Below, piece by piece: positions 9,324 to 20,700 of a stretch of DNA of 64,000 bases. The position numbers and the translations under genes are program-made. Each line of letters begins with the position of its first letter. The stretch's first letter is position 1. Source of the DNA: Candidatus Zhuqueibacterota bacterium (GTDB lineage: Bacteria > Zhuqueibacterota > Zhuqueibacteria > Thermofontimicrobiales > Thermofontimicrobiaceae); NCBI GenBank assembly GCA_049322915.1, contig JBMOPW010000007.1:372246-436245 (forward strand), read 5' to 3'. The notes below the pieces were generated by a model that saw only the letters and a program-made list of their open reading frames with translations, did no database searches and was not told where the DNA came from.

Positions 9324-11099
9324 ATGAAGACTCAACAGCGCATAAAATTAAAACATCGGTTTATTACCAAACTGCTGATATCGCACATTCTGCTCGCATC
9401 CATCCCGATTATCCTCACGGGCATTGTTTTAATTCATACCGCGCAAAACGCTGTTGAAGTGACGGTCAAAGATCAGAACATGAAGCTGGCCCGGCACATT
9501 GCTAAAAACATAACGCTCACCATTGAGAACGCCGAAAACATCTTGAAATACAATGCCGAAAATGTGCTCAGCACGCGGCAGAATAGCCTGGCTCAGGAAA
9601 TTGACATCAATACCATGGTCCATCAATTCCCCATTTTTCGCGCCATCAAATTGTTGAATGATTCGGCCCGTGTCATTATTTCGACGATCATTGCCGACAG
9701 GAATACAGATTATCGCCACGAAGATTTTGTACCACAGGTGCTCGACGATATCGGCTTTAAATCTGAAGTTTACCTCTCAGACGAAATGCTCCCGGTCATG
9801 CAAATTGCTGAACCCACGCGACTATTCAACGGAAAGGATGGCGTACTCCTGGCTGAGGTAAATTTGAAAGACCTGCTTGAACTGGTGGAATACAGCATCA
9901 TCGGCTCGGAGGGCGAGGCATTTGTATTTGGAAAAAGTGGCCAGTACGTGGCTCACTCTGAGCGGAAGAAGGTCTATCTCAAAGAGCGATTCACCGAGGA
10001 GGCGATTCTCCGGGACTTCTTCAATAATTTTAATAATCAGCGCGTGTACAAAAATTCGACCGGTGTGGAAATGGTGGCTGCTTATGTCATCCTTTCCGAA
10101 TTGAGTTGGGGAGTGGTGGTTCAGCAACCCACAAAGGAAGCGTTTGCCGTGGCGCGGAAGATGAGCGGCCAGATTCTTTTGTTTGTGGGCTTCAGCATCC
10201 TGCTGTCATCGCTGATCGCGTTTGTGTATACACGCTGGATTGTCACCCCGGTGAATCAACTGGTTTCAGGCATCGATAAATTTGCAACCGGAGATTTGAA
10301 ATACCGCATCCCCATGCTGGGGACGGATGAGGTGTCCATGCTGGCTGGCCGATTCAATGAAATGGCCGAGAAACTGACTCAATTTCAGGAGAAATTGAAA
10401 CGGACAGAACGTTTGGAAACGCTCAGCAAAATGGCTTCTGTCCTTTCCCATGAAATTAAAAATCCGCTAAATGCTATGGTTGTCAATATGCAGGTGATGG
10501 AACGCGAGTTCAACCGGAGTGAACCGAAAATTTCAAAACTCAGACATTATCTGGGCGTCGTGGCCGGAGAAATTCAGCGCGTTGATGATCTTGTCAATAA
10601 TTTTTTAATGGTCGCGCGTCCCCCTAAATTAGATCGCAAACCGGAAAATATGGATAAAGTGCTCGATGAGATCATCATTTCTCAACAGGCAGAGGCCTTG
10701 CAATCCGGCGTGAGAATCAAACGGCGTTACCAGGGAGCCGATGTGAGCTTGCTCATCGATGTCACGAAAATCAAACAGGTGTTTCTGAATATTCTCTTGA
10801 ACGCGATTCAAGCCATGCCGGGCGGCGGCAATTTGACAATTGAACTTGAAGTCGTTCGTTCCGAGATAAAGGGGATTTACAAAACGTGGATCGTCACCCG
10901 TTTCAAAGATGATGGCAAAGGCATGAAAAAAGAGCACATCGCAAACATTTTTGACTTCTATTACTCGACGAAGCCGGGTGGCTCCGGACTGGGGCTTTCT
11001 ATTGCCCAGCAAATCGTTGAAGAGCATGGGGGACGCATTGAAGTGGAGAGCGAAGAGGGAAAAGGCAGCGTGTTCTCAGTCTTTTTGCCCAAAAGTTAA
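9324..11099 (+). CDS. Sensor histidine kinase (dCache-HAMP-HisKA-HATPase)
   Basis: Two TM helices; HAMP 'DEVSMLAGRFNEM'; H-box SHEIKNPL; N-box; DDGKG; GSGLGL. Confidence 0.92.
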   Translation: MKTQQRIKLKHRFITKLLISHILLASIPIILTGIVLIHTAQNAVEVTVKDQNMKLARHIAKNITLTIENAENILKYNAENVLSTRQNSLAQEIDINTMVHQFPIFRAIKLLNDSARVIISTIIADRNTDYRHEDFVPQVLDDIGFKSEVYLSDEMLPVMQIAEPTRLFNGKDGVLLAEVNLKDLLELVEYSIIGSEGEAFVFGKSGQYVAHSERKKVYLKERFTEEAILRDFFNNFNNQRVYKNSTGVEMVAAYVILSELSWGVVVQQPTKEAFAVARKMSGQILLFVGFSILLSSLIAFVYTRWIVTPVNQLVSGIDKFATGDLKYRIPMLGTDEVSMLAGRFNEMAEKLTQFQEKLKRTERLETLSKMASVLSHEIKNPLNAMVVNMQVMEREFNRSEPKISKLRHYLGVVAGEIQRVDDLVNNFLMVARPPKLDRKPENMDKVLDEIIISQQAEALQSGVRIKRRYQGADVSLLIDVTKIKQVFLNILLNAIQAMPGGGNLTIELEVVRSEIKGIYKTWIVTRFKDDGKGMKKEHIANIFDFYYSTKPGGSGLGLSIAQQIVEEHGGRIEVESEEGKGSVFSVFLPKS

Positions 11100-11150
11100 A
11101 AAAATTTCATGTGAAAAATTAGAAAAAAAACACTTTTTTAAATCAAGTGC

Positions 11151-11179
11151 TTGACTTCTGGGGATTTATTTGTTATATT
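11151..11179 (+). promoter_or_regulatory. Strong sigma70-type promoter
   Basis: TTGACT-N17-TATATT, TG extended -10, A/T-rich UP-like region upstream. Confidence 0.75.
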
Positions 11180-11995
11180 AAAATTCGGATTTAAGAAATG
11201 AGAGGTGGATGTAGCGATTGTATCTGCCTGAAGCTATGGGGTCTGAACCGCTGTTAAAAAGAGATAATTGAAAAAGGCGTCAGGCCAATCCAGGCATAGC
11301 TCGATCAGTGCAAGGTGAATGATTGATAGCATGAGTTCGGTGTAAACCTGTGTATCCAAATGCTTCGGAGACAGAGGCGGTATGCACAGGTTTATTTGTA
11401 GCTTTCCGGTTTTTTGATCGGGACGCCGAGCGGTACGGAGGTGCGGTTGTTGTTTGAAGCTACGCCACGGATCATTTGATTCAATAATCGATTTCGAAGT
11501 CATAACATTGAGGGCGCCCTGCCGACCAGATTTGATATTGCGAAGATTCTATCGGCCTGATACCGTGACCGATTCATTCAATCCCACCTTTATTGGAATT
11601 TCGCGAATATCATTCATCTCCTGGTAAAGTGGAAAATGTCTCGGCCAAAAGTCAGATTTCGAATGAACGTACCGTGTTAAGAAAAGGAGTGTGGCATCCG
11701 AGATTTGAAAGGCGGCGACAACCAACCAAAATTTCGAGCGTGAGTTCTATCAAAGAAGTTGATACAATTACAGCGGATAGCATAAAATAAATCGATTATA
11801 GTCACGACGGGGATCCCGATGAAGGTTATGCATCCGGGTTCCGAAATACCAGCCTGAAAAAGTTAGATTTTTTTCCAAAATATTTTAAATAATTATTTTA
11901 GTTTAGGAACTTTAGCTGAACGCGTGAGTATATAAACAGTCTATTCCAAATTAAAATTTCATAACAATTCACCACGAGAGAAAGGGTATGATTGA

Positions 11996-12184
11996 ATGAT
12001 AAAAGTAGTAATCGGGAGCCATGAGTCTATTGATCGAGCGATAATCCGTTTTAAAAAAAAATGCCAACAAGCGGGTATTCTGCGGGACGTCAAGAAAAAC
12101 AGTTTTTTTCTCAAGCCAAGTGAAAGAAAAAGAATGAAGCACGACAAAGCTGTGCGACGACAGTTGAGATTTCCAGATAGATAA
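11996..12184 (+). CDS. rpsU: 30S ribosomal protein S21
   Basis: 'ESIDRAIIRFKKKCQQAGILRDVKKNSFFLKPSERKR' matches the bS21 pattern. Confidence 0.92.
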   Translation: MIKVVIGSHESIDRAIIRFKKKCQQAGILRDVKKNSFFLKPSERKRMKHDKAVRRQLRFPDR

Positions 12185-12397
12185 GCTGCATCTGTTGAGA
12201 AAAAAAGGGATGATTGAGCAAATTGGGACCTTCTTTGATAGAGGAAAAATATATTCACTACTTCAGCAACCACACATTCCATCCTATCTTATTCCTGTTA
12301 ATAATTAAGCTCAAATATTTATGTTAACAAAAAATAATTTTCTGTAAGATTTTTGAATAGTGTGTATTAAATAAAGAATGAATTTGTTGGATATGGT

Positions 12398-13255
12398 ATG
12401 GCAAAGAAGAAAAAAGTAGTAGGACCACGAACGAAACAATCTATCGAAAAGTACTTGGAAGAAATTGGAGGTTTCTCTCCATTACGACCTGAAGAAGAAA
12501 TCGATCTCGCACGTAGCATTCGTAAGGGAAATGAAGAAGCTTTGGACAAATTGGTCAAAGCGAATTTGCGGTTTGTCATTAGTGTTGCCAAAGAGTATCA
12601 GGGCCAGGGATTACCTTTGCAGGATCTCATCAGTGAAGGGAATTTGGGCCTGATCAAAGCAGCGCAACGGTTTGATGAAACGCGAGGATTCAAATTTATT
12701 TCATACGCGGTCTGGTGGATTCGGCAGTCCATTTTACAGGCATTGGCTGAACAATCGCGCGTCGTCCGTCTGCCATTGAATCGAGTGGGTGCAATCAACA
12801 AAATCGGACGGGCGCTGGAATCCCTTGAAAAGACATTTGGCCGCGAGCCAAGCATGGATGAAGTGGCTACAAAGATGGAAATGAGTGTGTACGAAGTCGC
12901 TGATGTCGTTAAAACCTCGGCGCGCCATCTCTCACTGGATGAACCATTCAAAGAAGAGGATGGCAATAGCCTTCTGGACGTCATTGAGAGCGATCGCTAT
13001 GCACCGCCCGATAATACATTAATGAGAGAATCTCTTCAGGTAGAAATTGATAAAGTACTTTCGACGCTCAAGCCGAGAGAAGCTGAAATCATCAAACTTT
13101 ACTTTGGGCTGGAGGGGGATAGGCCGTTGACGCTTGAAGAAATTGGTGAACATTTTAAATTAACCCGCGAAAGGGTTCGACAGATCAAAGAAAAAGCGTT
13201 GCGCAGACTCCGACATAGATCCCGATTAGAGCCACTCAGAAAATATCTTGGCTGA
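12398..13255 (+). CDS. rpoD: RNA polymerase sigma factor, RpoD/SigA family (short FCB type, no region 1.1); likely primary sigma
   Basis: Regions 1.2-4: 'ANLRFVISVAK', 'FKFISYAVWWIRQ', 'TLEEIGEHFKLTRERVRQI'. Confidence 0.9.
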   Translation: MAKKKKVVGPRTKQSIEKYLEEIGGFSPLRPEEEIDLARSIRKGNEEALDKLVKANLRFVISVAKEYQGQGLPLQDLISEGNLGLIKAAQRFDETRGFKFISYAVWWIRQSILQALAEQSRVVRLPLNRVGAINKIGRALESLEKTFGREPSMDEVATKMEMSVYEVADVVKTSARHLSLDEPFKEEDGNSLLDVIESDRYAPPDNTLMRESLQVEIDKVLSTLKPREAEIIKLYFGLEGDRPLTLEEIGEHFKLTRERVRQIKEKALRRLRHRSRLEPLRKYLG

Positions 13256-13278
13256 CAAAAATTTCATTGTACAAATTT

Positions 13279-13316
13279 AACAGCCCTCCCTGGTTATCCG
13301 GTGAGGGCTGTTTTAA
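13279..13316 (+). terminator. Rho-independent terminator after rpoD
   Basis: AACAGCCCTC...GAGGGCTGTT stem followed by T-rich tail. Confidence 0.75.
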
Positions 13317-13522
13317 TTTAGTCGGCTAATATAAATTTTACAGAACTCATTCTCGATTTTCAAGTTTAAAATAGTGCATGAGACAGGTTCGGCAGGTGCA
13401 TTTGCCGACTGAAACTCGATCAGTCTGCATGCGATTACTCCCTGGATGATGCATCATTTGGTGACCACGTTGCGGATTGGGGAGAAGTACTTCGTCTTGT
13501 TCACAAAACCTGGAGCCACATA

Positions 13523-16500
13523 TTGTATCGATTCTTTAACATGAGCCATGTGCCTGCTCTGTGTTTCCTGATCGTTGGAGTCTTTGCACTACCTGTTTCC
13601 GCCAGTGATGTCCAGACGCTCTCATCGTCTCATGAAGAAATCATATTTGAATTCCGGCCGCAAGGGTGGAGCACTGATCAGAAAATCGTGAACGGATCAG
13701 CGTATTTTCATCTCCGGTTTGATAATAGCTCTTGTGATACAAAACCGGGCGAACCACTTCTGCCCGAACGCGTCCTGCTATTTGCCGTACCACCCAATGC
13801 CTCGGTAACCATGGACGTGGTGGCAGCCGAATCCGGCGAGCAACTCAGGGGCAAACCATTGCCAACGCCAGCCTATCCCCGTGACGGTCTGGGAAAATTG
13901 GTCTATTCAGAAAATGAAGAGTTCTATCGCAAAGCAGCCGCGTTTCCCGAAGAACTGGTGAGTGTGTCCCCGGTTGCGTCGCTTCGGTACCAGCACGTTG
14001 TCATCGTTCGAATCTCTCCGGTTCAGTTCTTTCCTGACAAAGGATATATTCAGTTGTACCAGCGCATCGTTGTTCGGCTGCGATTTAATGGCGGGGAGAA
14101 TGTCACAAACTCCTCCCATTCAATCGGGACTGATGCTTTTTATTCCAACCTATTCGTCAATCCCGAACAGGCCCACGCCTGGCGGCTATTGAAACGACCA
14201 GTCCATTCGGTGAAAAAATCAAGTCGTCCCGGAGACTGTTCCCGGTGGATCAAAATTTTTATTCGGGATGAAGGCATGTACAAACTCACCGGCGCGGATC
14301 TGGAGAATGCCGGCATTGTGCTCAGTCAAATTCAACCGGGCGATCTGCAGCTATTCAACAACGGCGGAGTTCAAACGCCTGTCTCGTTGAGGGATGCGCG
14401 CCCTGACAGCTTAATGGAGAATGCAATCTTTGTTTCTGATGGGAATGACGGGCGATTCGACGATAATGATTACGTGTACTTCTATGGCAAATCGGTCAAT
14501 AACTGGAAATGGGACGCATCCCGAAAAAAGTATGTTCACTATCTGCATCGGCATACGAATGAAAATGTGTACTGGCTGACCTGGCAGGGTTCGCAGGCTG
14601 GCAAGAGAATGGTGCAGTTGGATCAGGGGCAATCTCCGGATGCGATCCCTGTGACTGGATTTCTCGATTACATCTATGTCGAACATGAATATAAAAATTT
14701 ATTGAATTCCGGAGTGCATTGGCTGGGCAATTATTTCAGCAATTCCATGCTGCAACGTAACTACCAGTTAAATCTGGAGGGAGCGATTCCTTCTCAGAAG
14801 GCATGGCTGCGCGTCCAGCTTGTGGGGGTTTCCCAGGGGAAGCAATCATTTCAGCTCTACATGAATGAAAATTTTATCGGCAAAGTGCCTGAGTTTTATG
14901 CCAGCAGCGGACAGACCATCAGCATGCGTGCCAAAGAATATAGCGCCGCAGTGAATGCCGGCGTGCTGGACGGATATAACACCCTGACTGTGGAATATAC
15001 TCCTTACACGGAAACCGCCCTGGCCTACATGGACTGGATCGAGCTTTCTTTCTCCCGCAGATTGAAGGCTCAAAATGATGAACTTTATTTTTATAGTCCG
15101 GATTCAATCGGGACCTTTTCATATCACATGGCTGGATTCTCAACGGATGAGGTGGAAGTCTTCGACGTCACCCGATTCAACGACGTTGCGAGAATAACAG
15201 GATTGGCCAGGCAGGATGACCAATTGGCATTTGTCGACACAACGCTCTCGGCAGTACCAAAGCGGTTCATTGCCCTCAGCCGTGAGAAATTCAAATCGCC
15301 GGAAAAAATCGAGCGCGAGATGGGCTCATGGCTGAGGAATCCGGCGAATGGCGCTGATTTCATCATCATCGCCCATGATGATTTTTTTGACGCTGCGTTA
15401 GGGTTGAAGAGCCTGAGGGAGAATTGCGACACTCTGAATACAGAAGTCGTTAAGATTTCGGACATCTATGACGAATTTTCCTGGGGGCTGCCGGATGCAG
15501 TGGCCATTCGGGATTTCATTCACTACGCCTATTTCAATTGGGCCATTCGCCCGGACTATATCCTCCTGTTCGGCGATGGCGATTACGACTATAAAAATAT
15601 CATTTCACCGAACGATCCCAACCGGATTCCGCCTTTTGAGACGGATGACTGGAATGAGGGATCCAGTCGGCCGCGAGACGATTGGTTTGTCTGCGTGGAT
15701 GGCAATGATAATCTGTTGGATTTAGCCATCGGCAGAATTCCGGTACAGAATCCGGATGAAGCGTACAAAGTTGTTGAGAAGATCGTCAACTATGAAACAC
15801 ATCCGGCAGTGGGGGATTGGTGCAACTCGATCACCATGGTCGCTGACGATGAATTCGAAAGCGCCGGCGATTACGACAGCATTGACCATATCCCTGACGC
15901 AGAAGCCATTGCGGAGCACTATATCCCTGAGTCGTATCAGGTGTCGAAAATTTATCTGACTGAGTATCCTGCAGTTCGCGATGCAGCGACATCCGGCATT
16001 CGTAAACCGGCTGCACAACAGGCGCTCATCGAGCAGGTGAATCGGGGAAATTTGATTGTGAATTTTATCGGTCATGGCAATGAACGCGTCTGGGCGCACG
16101 AGAACGTGCTCAATATTTCCGATGACCTTCCCCGCATAGCCAATGGACAGAAGCAGGCTTTTTGGATCGCTGCCACCTGTGATTTCGGGCGTTTCGACAA
16201 CCCGGCGCTGCAATGCTTTGCCGAGCAATTGGTGACCCTCAGCGGTCGCGGAGCCATCGCGGTGTTCAGCGCCAGCCGGCTGGCAAATCCGGACGCCAAT
16301 GTCAATTTGAACAAGTTAGTCTACAACCACCTTTTCAAAGCGCCCTATTCGAGCGTCCGTCTCGGCGATGTCGTGGCTGCGGCGAAAAACGCGAGCGGGA
16401 ATAATGAGAACGACCAATTTTACCACCTGTTGGGCGATCCGACACTTCGGTTGATGAGACCATCGTGCCTGGCTCATCTCACAGAGATTGCACCGGATTC

Positions 16501-17506
16501 GATCAAAGCGCTCTGCACCATGAAAATTTCCGGTGATGTTGCGTTGCTGAATCAGCCTGCCGATGAACTGAATGGCACTATTTTGCTGAAAGCCTTTGAT
16601 TCGGAAAAAGACCGCGTGTATACCATTCAGGGCTCACGGCAATATCATTATAAATTGCCTGGCAGCACTATCTTCAGGGGAGAGGTGTCCGTTGCGCGCA
16701 ACCAGTATAGCTCGCAGTTCATCATTCCCAAGGATATCACCTACGGTGGAACAGAAGGCCGGGTGAGTGTGTTTTATTATGACGAGGCCAGATTCGGCGC
16801 CGGGTATCGCGATGGACTCCCGGTCGGCGGTACGGAAATGAATTTCACCGATACCGAGGGGCCGCACATTCAGATTCAGGTCGAAGGCCAAAATTTCATG
16901 GACGGCGGATTCATGGAGCCGAATGCCATGCTGAAAATTATTGTGGCCGATGAAAAAAGCGGCGTGAACATCGTCGGCGATATCGGCCACAAAATCACCC
17001 TTACTTTCGACAATGATGAGCATACCAGGATTGATGTGACCGAATATTTTCAGTACGATGTGAATAGCTATCTTTCGGGAACCATCCGCTATTCCCTGGT
17101 AAGTATGGACCAGGGTAAGCATCTCATGTGCATTAAGGCATGGGACAATTTCAATAACTCCGCCACCTGCGAGGCTGAGTTCACTGTCGTGGCTACGGAT
17201 GAACTGGTGCTGCGCGATGTATTGAATTATCCCAATCCATTTTCGACGCACACTGTATTTACGTTCTGGGTCAATCAGCCGTGCCAAGCGCAGATAAAAA
17301 TTTTCACCATCGCCGGTCGTCTGGTGCGGGCGCTGGAAAATGTATTTGCCGAAACCGGTTTCAATCAAATTAGCTGGGATGGCCGCGACGCGGATGGCGA
17401 TTTATTGGCCAATGGCATTTATCTTTATAAATTAGAAACAACGCATCAGCAGGGAAGCCAGTCCCTTTCAGCGACGAAAATTGATCGGTGCGTGGTTCTG
17501 CGCTGA
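13523..17506 (+). CDS. porU: T9SS sortase PorU (peptidase C25), copy 1
   Basis: Signal peptide; C25 propeptide-like N-terminus; 'IYDEFSWG', 'LLFGDGDYD', 'AIGRIP', GHG (His), ATCDFGRFD (Cys), 'KAWDNFNNS'; FlgD-type CTD 'NYPNPF...WDGRD..G..LANGIY'. Confidence 0.9.
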   Translation: MYRFFNMSHVPALCFLIVGVFALPVSASDVQTLSSSHEEIIFEFRPQGWSTDQKIVNGSAYFHLRFDNSSCDTKPGEPLLPERVLLFAVPPNASVTMDVVAAESGEQLRGKPLPTPAYPRDGLGKLVYSENEEFYRKAAAFPEELVSVSPVASLRYQHVVIVRISPVQFFPDKGYIQLYQRIVVRLRFNGGENVTNSSHSIGTDAFYSNLFVNPEQAHAWRLLKRPVHSVKKSSRPGDCSRWIKIFIRDEGMYKLTGADLENAGIVLSQIQPGDLQLFNNGGVQTPVSLRDARPDSLMENAIFVSDGNDGRFDDNDYVYFYGKSVNNWKWDASRKKYVHYLHRHTNENVYWLTWQGSQAGKRMVQLDQGQSPDAIPVTGFLDYIYVEHEYKNLLNSGVHWLGNYFSNSMLQRNYQLNLEGAIPSQKAWLRVQLVGVSQGKQSFQLYMNENFIGKVPEFYASSGQTISMRAKEYSAAVNAGVLDGYNTLTVEYTPYTETALAYMDWIELSFSRRLKAQNDELYFYSPDSIGTFSYHMAGFSTDEVEVFDVTRFNDVARITGLARQDDQLAFVDTTLSAVPKRFIALSREKFKSPEKIEREMGSWLRNPANGADFIIIAHDDFFDAALGLKSLRENCDTLNTEVVKISDIYDEFSWGLPDAVAIRDFIHYAYFNWAIRPDYILLFGDGDYDYKNIISPNDPNRIPPFETDDWNEGSSRPRDDWFVCVDGNDNLLDLAIGRIPVQNPDEAYKVVEKIVNYETHPAVGDWCNSITMVADDEFESAGDYDSIDHIPDAEAIAEHYIPESYQVSKIYLTEYPAVRDAATSGIRKPAAQQALIEQVNRGNLIVNFIGHGNERVWAHENVLNISDDLPRIANGQKQAFWIAATCDFGRFDNPALQCFAEQLVTLSGRGAIAVFSASRLANPDANVNLNKLVYNHLFKAPYSSVRLGDVVAAAKNASGNNENDQFYHLLGDPTLRLMRPSCLAHLTEIAPDSIKALCTMKISGDVALLNQPADELNGTILLKAFDSEKDRVYTIQGSRQYHYKLPGSTIFRGEVSVARNQYSSQFIIPKDITYGGTEGRVSVFYYDEARFGAGYRDGLPVGGTEMNFTDTEGPHIQIQVEGQNFMDGGFMEPNAMLKIIVADEKSGVNIVGDIGHKITLTFDNDEHTRIDVTEYFQYDVNSYLSGTIRYSLVSMDQGKHLMCIKAWDNFNNSATCEAEFTVVATDELVLRDVLNYPNPFSTHTVFTFWVNQPCQAQIKIFTIAGRLVRALENVFAETGFNQISWDGRDADGDLLANGIYLYKLETTHQQGSQSLSATKIDRCVVLR

Positions 17507-17761
17507 AGCGGAATTGATTTCGTTCCATAAAAATTAATTCATCTTACGAATCATAAGACTCGGAAACGAATACTCGAAGCATGTTTGGGTTTAAGCTTTT
17601 CGCCGCAGGAAGCAGTCGAGAAATTTGAAGAGATAAAGGAATTCGTGCGTTGCGATGCGTGGAGGCCGCTGCCCCGGACTGAAAGACATCGCTCACGAAA
17701 GTCTGGCTACAAGCCCCGGTATTTTCTGAGTATACCATACAGTTATTATGGAGTTGAATGA

Positions 17762-20700
17762 ATGAAAATTAACTCGTCAATCAGGTGGTTTTTCATTGTC
17801 AGCCTTCTGGTATCATTGCAGGTAGGAAACCTTGCGGCAGCGCTGGCGCACGATGGATTGGAAGTCATTTCTTCGGATGACCAGGGAGTAACGCTGCGAT
17901 ACACCCCGCGCGTGGAGCGGATTGATACCGTTCGTGTGAACAATGAAACCTATTTAAAAATATATGTCGCTCAGGCGTCGCTGTTCGGCGATGCCGGTCA
18001 ACCCATGGTCTCCAAACGGCTGATCAAAGTCGGCGTGCCGTTGCAATCGGAACCCACGGCGCAGACGCTGCAAGCGGAATTTGAGACGATTTCGGGCCGG
18101 TTGCTGCCCGCGCCAACGATTGAAAAAAATGGTGTTTTTCTACATGAGCCGGATCGCGATGCCTATAGCGCAGCGACCGATTTTCCCCTGGATGTTATCG
18201 AATTGATGCCGCCCGGATTCATTCGGGACCAGCGCGTGGCGGAGATTCAGGTTCACCCCATTCAGGCGGTGGGCGCGAAGAACCAGATTAAAATTTATAA
18301 AAGCATCGTTATCCGTATGGATTTCAATGGCAGCGGGGGACAGTCTGGCGTCTCGAAGCAGTCATTGCCGGACGAAGAATTCTTTCGCGGGGTGGTTGTC
18401 AATTTCGACCAATCGGAAAAATGGCAGAAGCCGCGCCCCCAAAAATCAGTGCGGAAGGCGTCAGGGTTACAGATGGGCGAAGCGTTGAAAATTACCATCC
18501 GTGAAGAAGGCCTGTACAAGATAACCGGCAAAGACCTGCAATCGGCTGGCGTGGATATCAGCGCGATCAACTCCGGCTCGTTGCGCCTTTTCAATAACGG
18601 CGGTAGGGAACTCTCCCAAAGCATTACCGCGCAGCGCCCCGATTCGCTCACGGAGATGGCTATCCGCGTATTCGACGGCGGCGATGGTGCATTCAATACA
18701 TCGGATTATCTCGTGTTTTACGGTCAATCCGTGAACGGCTGGGAGCCATTGAGCGAAACGAGTCCCTACTATAAGCATTACATTCATCATTACACTGAAG
18801 ACAATATCTATTTTTTAACCTGGGACGGAACACGTGCCGGCAGGCGAATGGCGAGCCGCATCTCGCAATCAGATCCGATGTTGACGCCAACGACGTATAC
18901 GTTGGGCATTTACTACAAAGAAGATGAAATCAACAATTATCTCGATTCCGGCACCTATTGGTTTGGCCGGCTGATGGCTGGCAACAGCGATGAGCAGGGT
19001 TACAGCGCCTACCTGCCCCATGCGCGAACCAGTCAGAATTCCATGTTTTTTCGATTTCAGTTTCACACCCTCACCTATAACATCCATCAATTCAATGTGC
19101 TGCTCAATGACCAACTGGTGGACATCATCACCGTCAACGGCACCAGGCTCTATACCGAAACGGTTTCTAAAATTCTGTCCCTTTCGGCGTCAGGCTACAA
19201 CAGTCTGAAAATTCAATATCACGGCGACACATCGGAAAGTCAGGCGTATATCGACTGGTTCGAAATTCAGTATCAGACCGGGTTCGTGGCCGAAGACAAT
19301 GCCCTGTTGTTTCATCAGGTCGATGATGGCGCATCAAAATACCGAATCACCAATTTCACCAGCAACCTGATTGAAGTGTACGACGTGACCGATGCCGGCG
19401 ATGTTCAGTACATTTCCAATCCCGAAATCGCTTCCGGGACAGTGACGTTTGTGGATGATGCCGTCGGATTCCCGCGACGCCGGTTTTGGGCGACAACGAC
19501 CAGCGCCTATGCCACTCCTGAAAGTTTTGAGCGCATTCAATTCGCCAATTTGCGGGCGCAACTGGCCGGCGCTGAATTCATCATCATCGCCCACGATGAT
19601 TTCTACGACGCAGCAATGATGCTGAAATCGCATCGGGAAAACACGGACAGCATTTCCACCTCGGTTGTCCGCATCGCCGATATTTATAATGAATTCTCCG
19701 GAGGGCTGCTGGACCCTGTAGCCATTCGGGATTTCATCAAATTTGCATTTGACAATTGGGTCATTGCACCGAAATATGTCTTGCTGTTTGGAGACGGCGA
19801 TTTTGATTATAAAAATATCAAAAGCGATCTCGATAAAAACTGGATCCCGCCGTTCGAGACATCGGAGTTGAACGAGAATTCCAGCCGAGCCATGGATGAA
19901 TGGTTCATTTTAGTGAGCGGCGATGATGCGGATGGCGATCTGGCCATTGGCCGATTCCCGGTGCAAACCGCTGATGAGGCGCGGTTCGTGGTGGAAAAAA
20001 TTATTCAGTATGAAACCGAATCTGTGCTGAAGACGGAAGGTGACGTGCTGCTCGAAGATTGGCGGAATGTCATCACAATGGTCGGGGACGACGAATACCA
20101 CGATCCCGGCAGCCAGAACGAGACCATGCATACTCGCGATGCTGAATACATCATGGAAAATGCCATTCCGAACTATTTTAATAAAGTAAAAATTTACCTG
20201 ATCGAATACCCCGCCATTCAGAATCCGGCTATTTCAGGCTACATGAAACCCGCAGCGACAGACGCGTTGCTGAAGCGGATCAATGATGGCACGCTCATTT
20301 TAAATTTTGTCGGCCACGGCGCGCCGTCGATTTGGGCGGATGAGCGCGTGCTGCTCGAGAGTCGCGATCTGGATAAAATTTTGAATTACGACAAAGCCCC
20401 GTTCTGGGTGGCTGCGACATGCGATTTTGGCCGGTTCGATGATCCCATGGAGCAGGGCATGGCTGAAAAACTCTTCGTCGCTCAGCGGCGTGGAGGAATT
20501 GCATTCCTGACTTCCTCGCGCCTGGCGTACGCTACAGATAACACGGCCTTGAATCGACAATTTTTCAATCAGCTTTTTAACGGTGAAACCCCCTCCGCGC
20601 GGCTGGGTGTTGCGCTGATACAGGCCAAGATAAATAACTACAGCACCACCAACGACCAGAAGTATAATCTCTATGGCGATCCCACCATGCGATTGAAAGG

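Noticed and set aside
11185..11620. RNase P RNA, tmRNA or 6S RNA identity for the structured region
   Set aside because: No GAGGAAAGUCC or tRNA-like ends, and no single long 6S-type hairpin recognised
13376..13432. Small multi-stem structure upstream of porU copy 1
   Set aside because: Stems are only 5-6 bp and overlap; no riboswitch consensus
17598..17625. SRP-like 'GGAAGCAG' motif between the porU genes
   Set aside because: Lacks the upstream CAGG and GNRA loop and the long SRP helix
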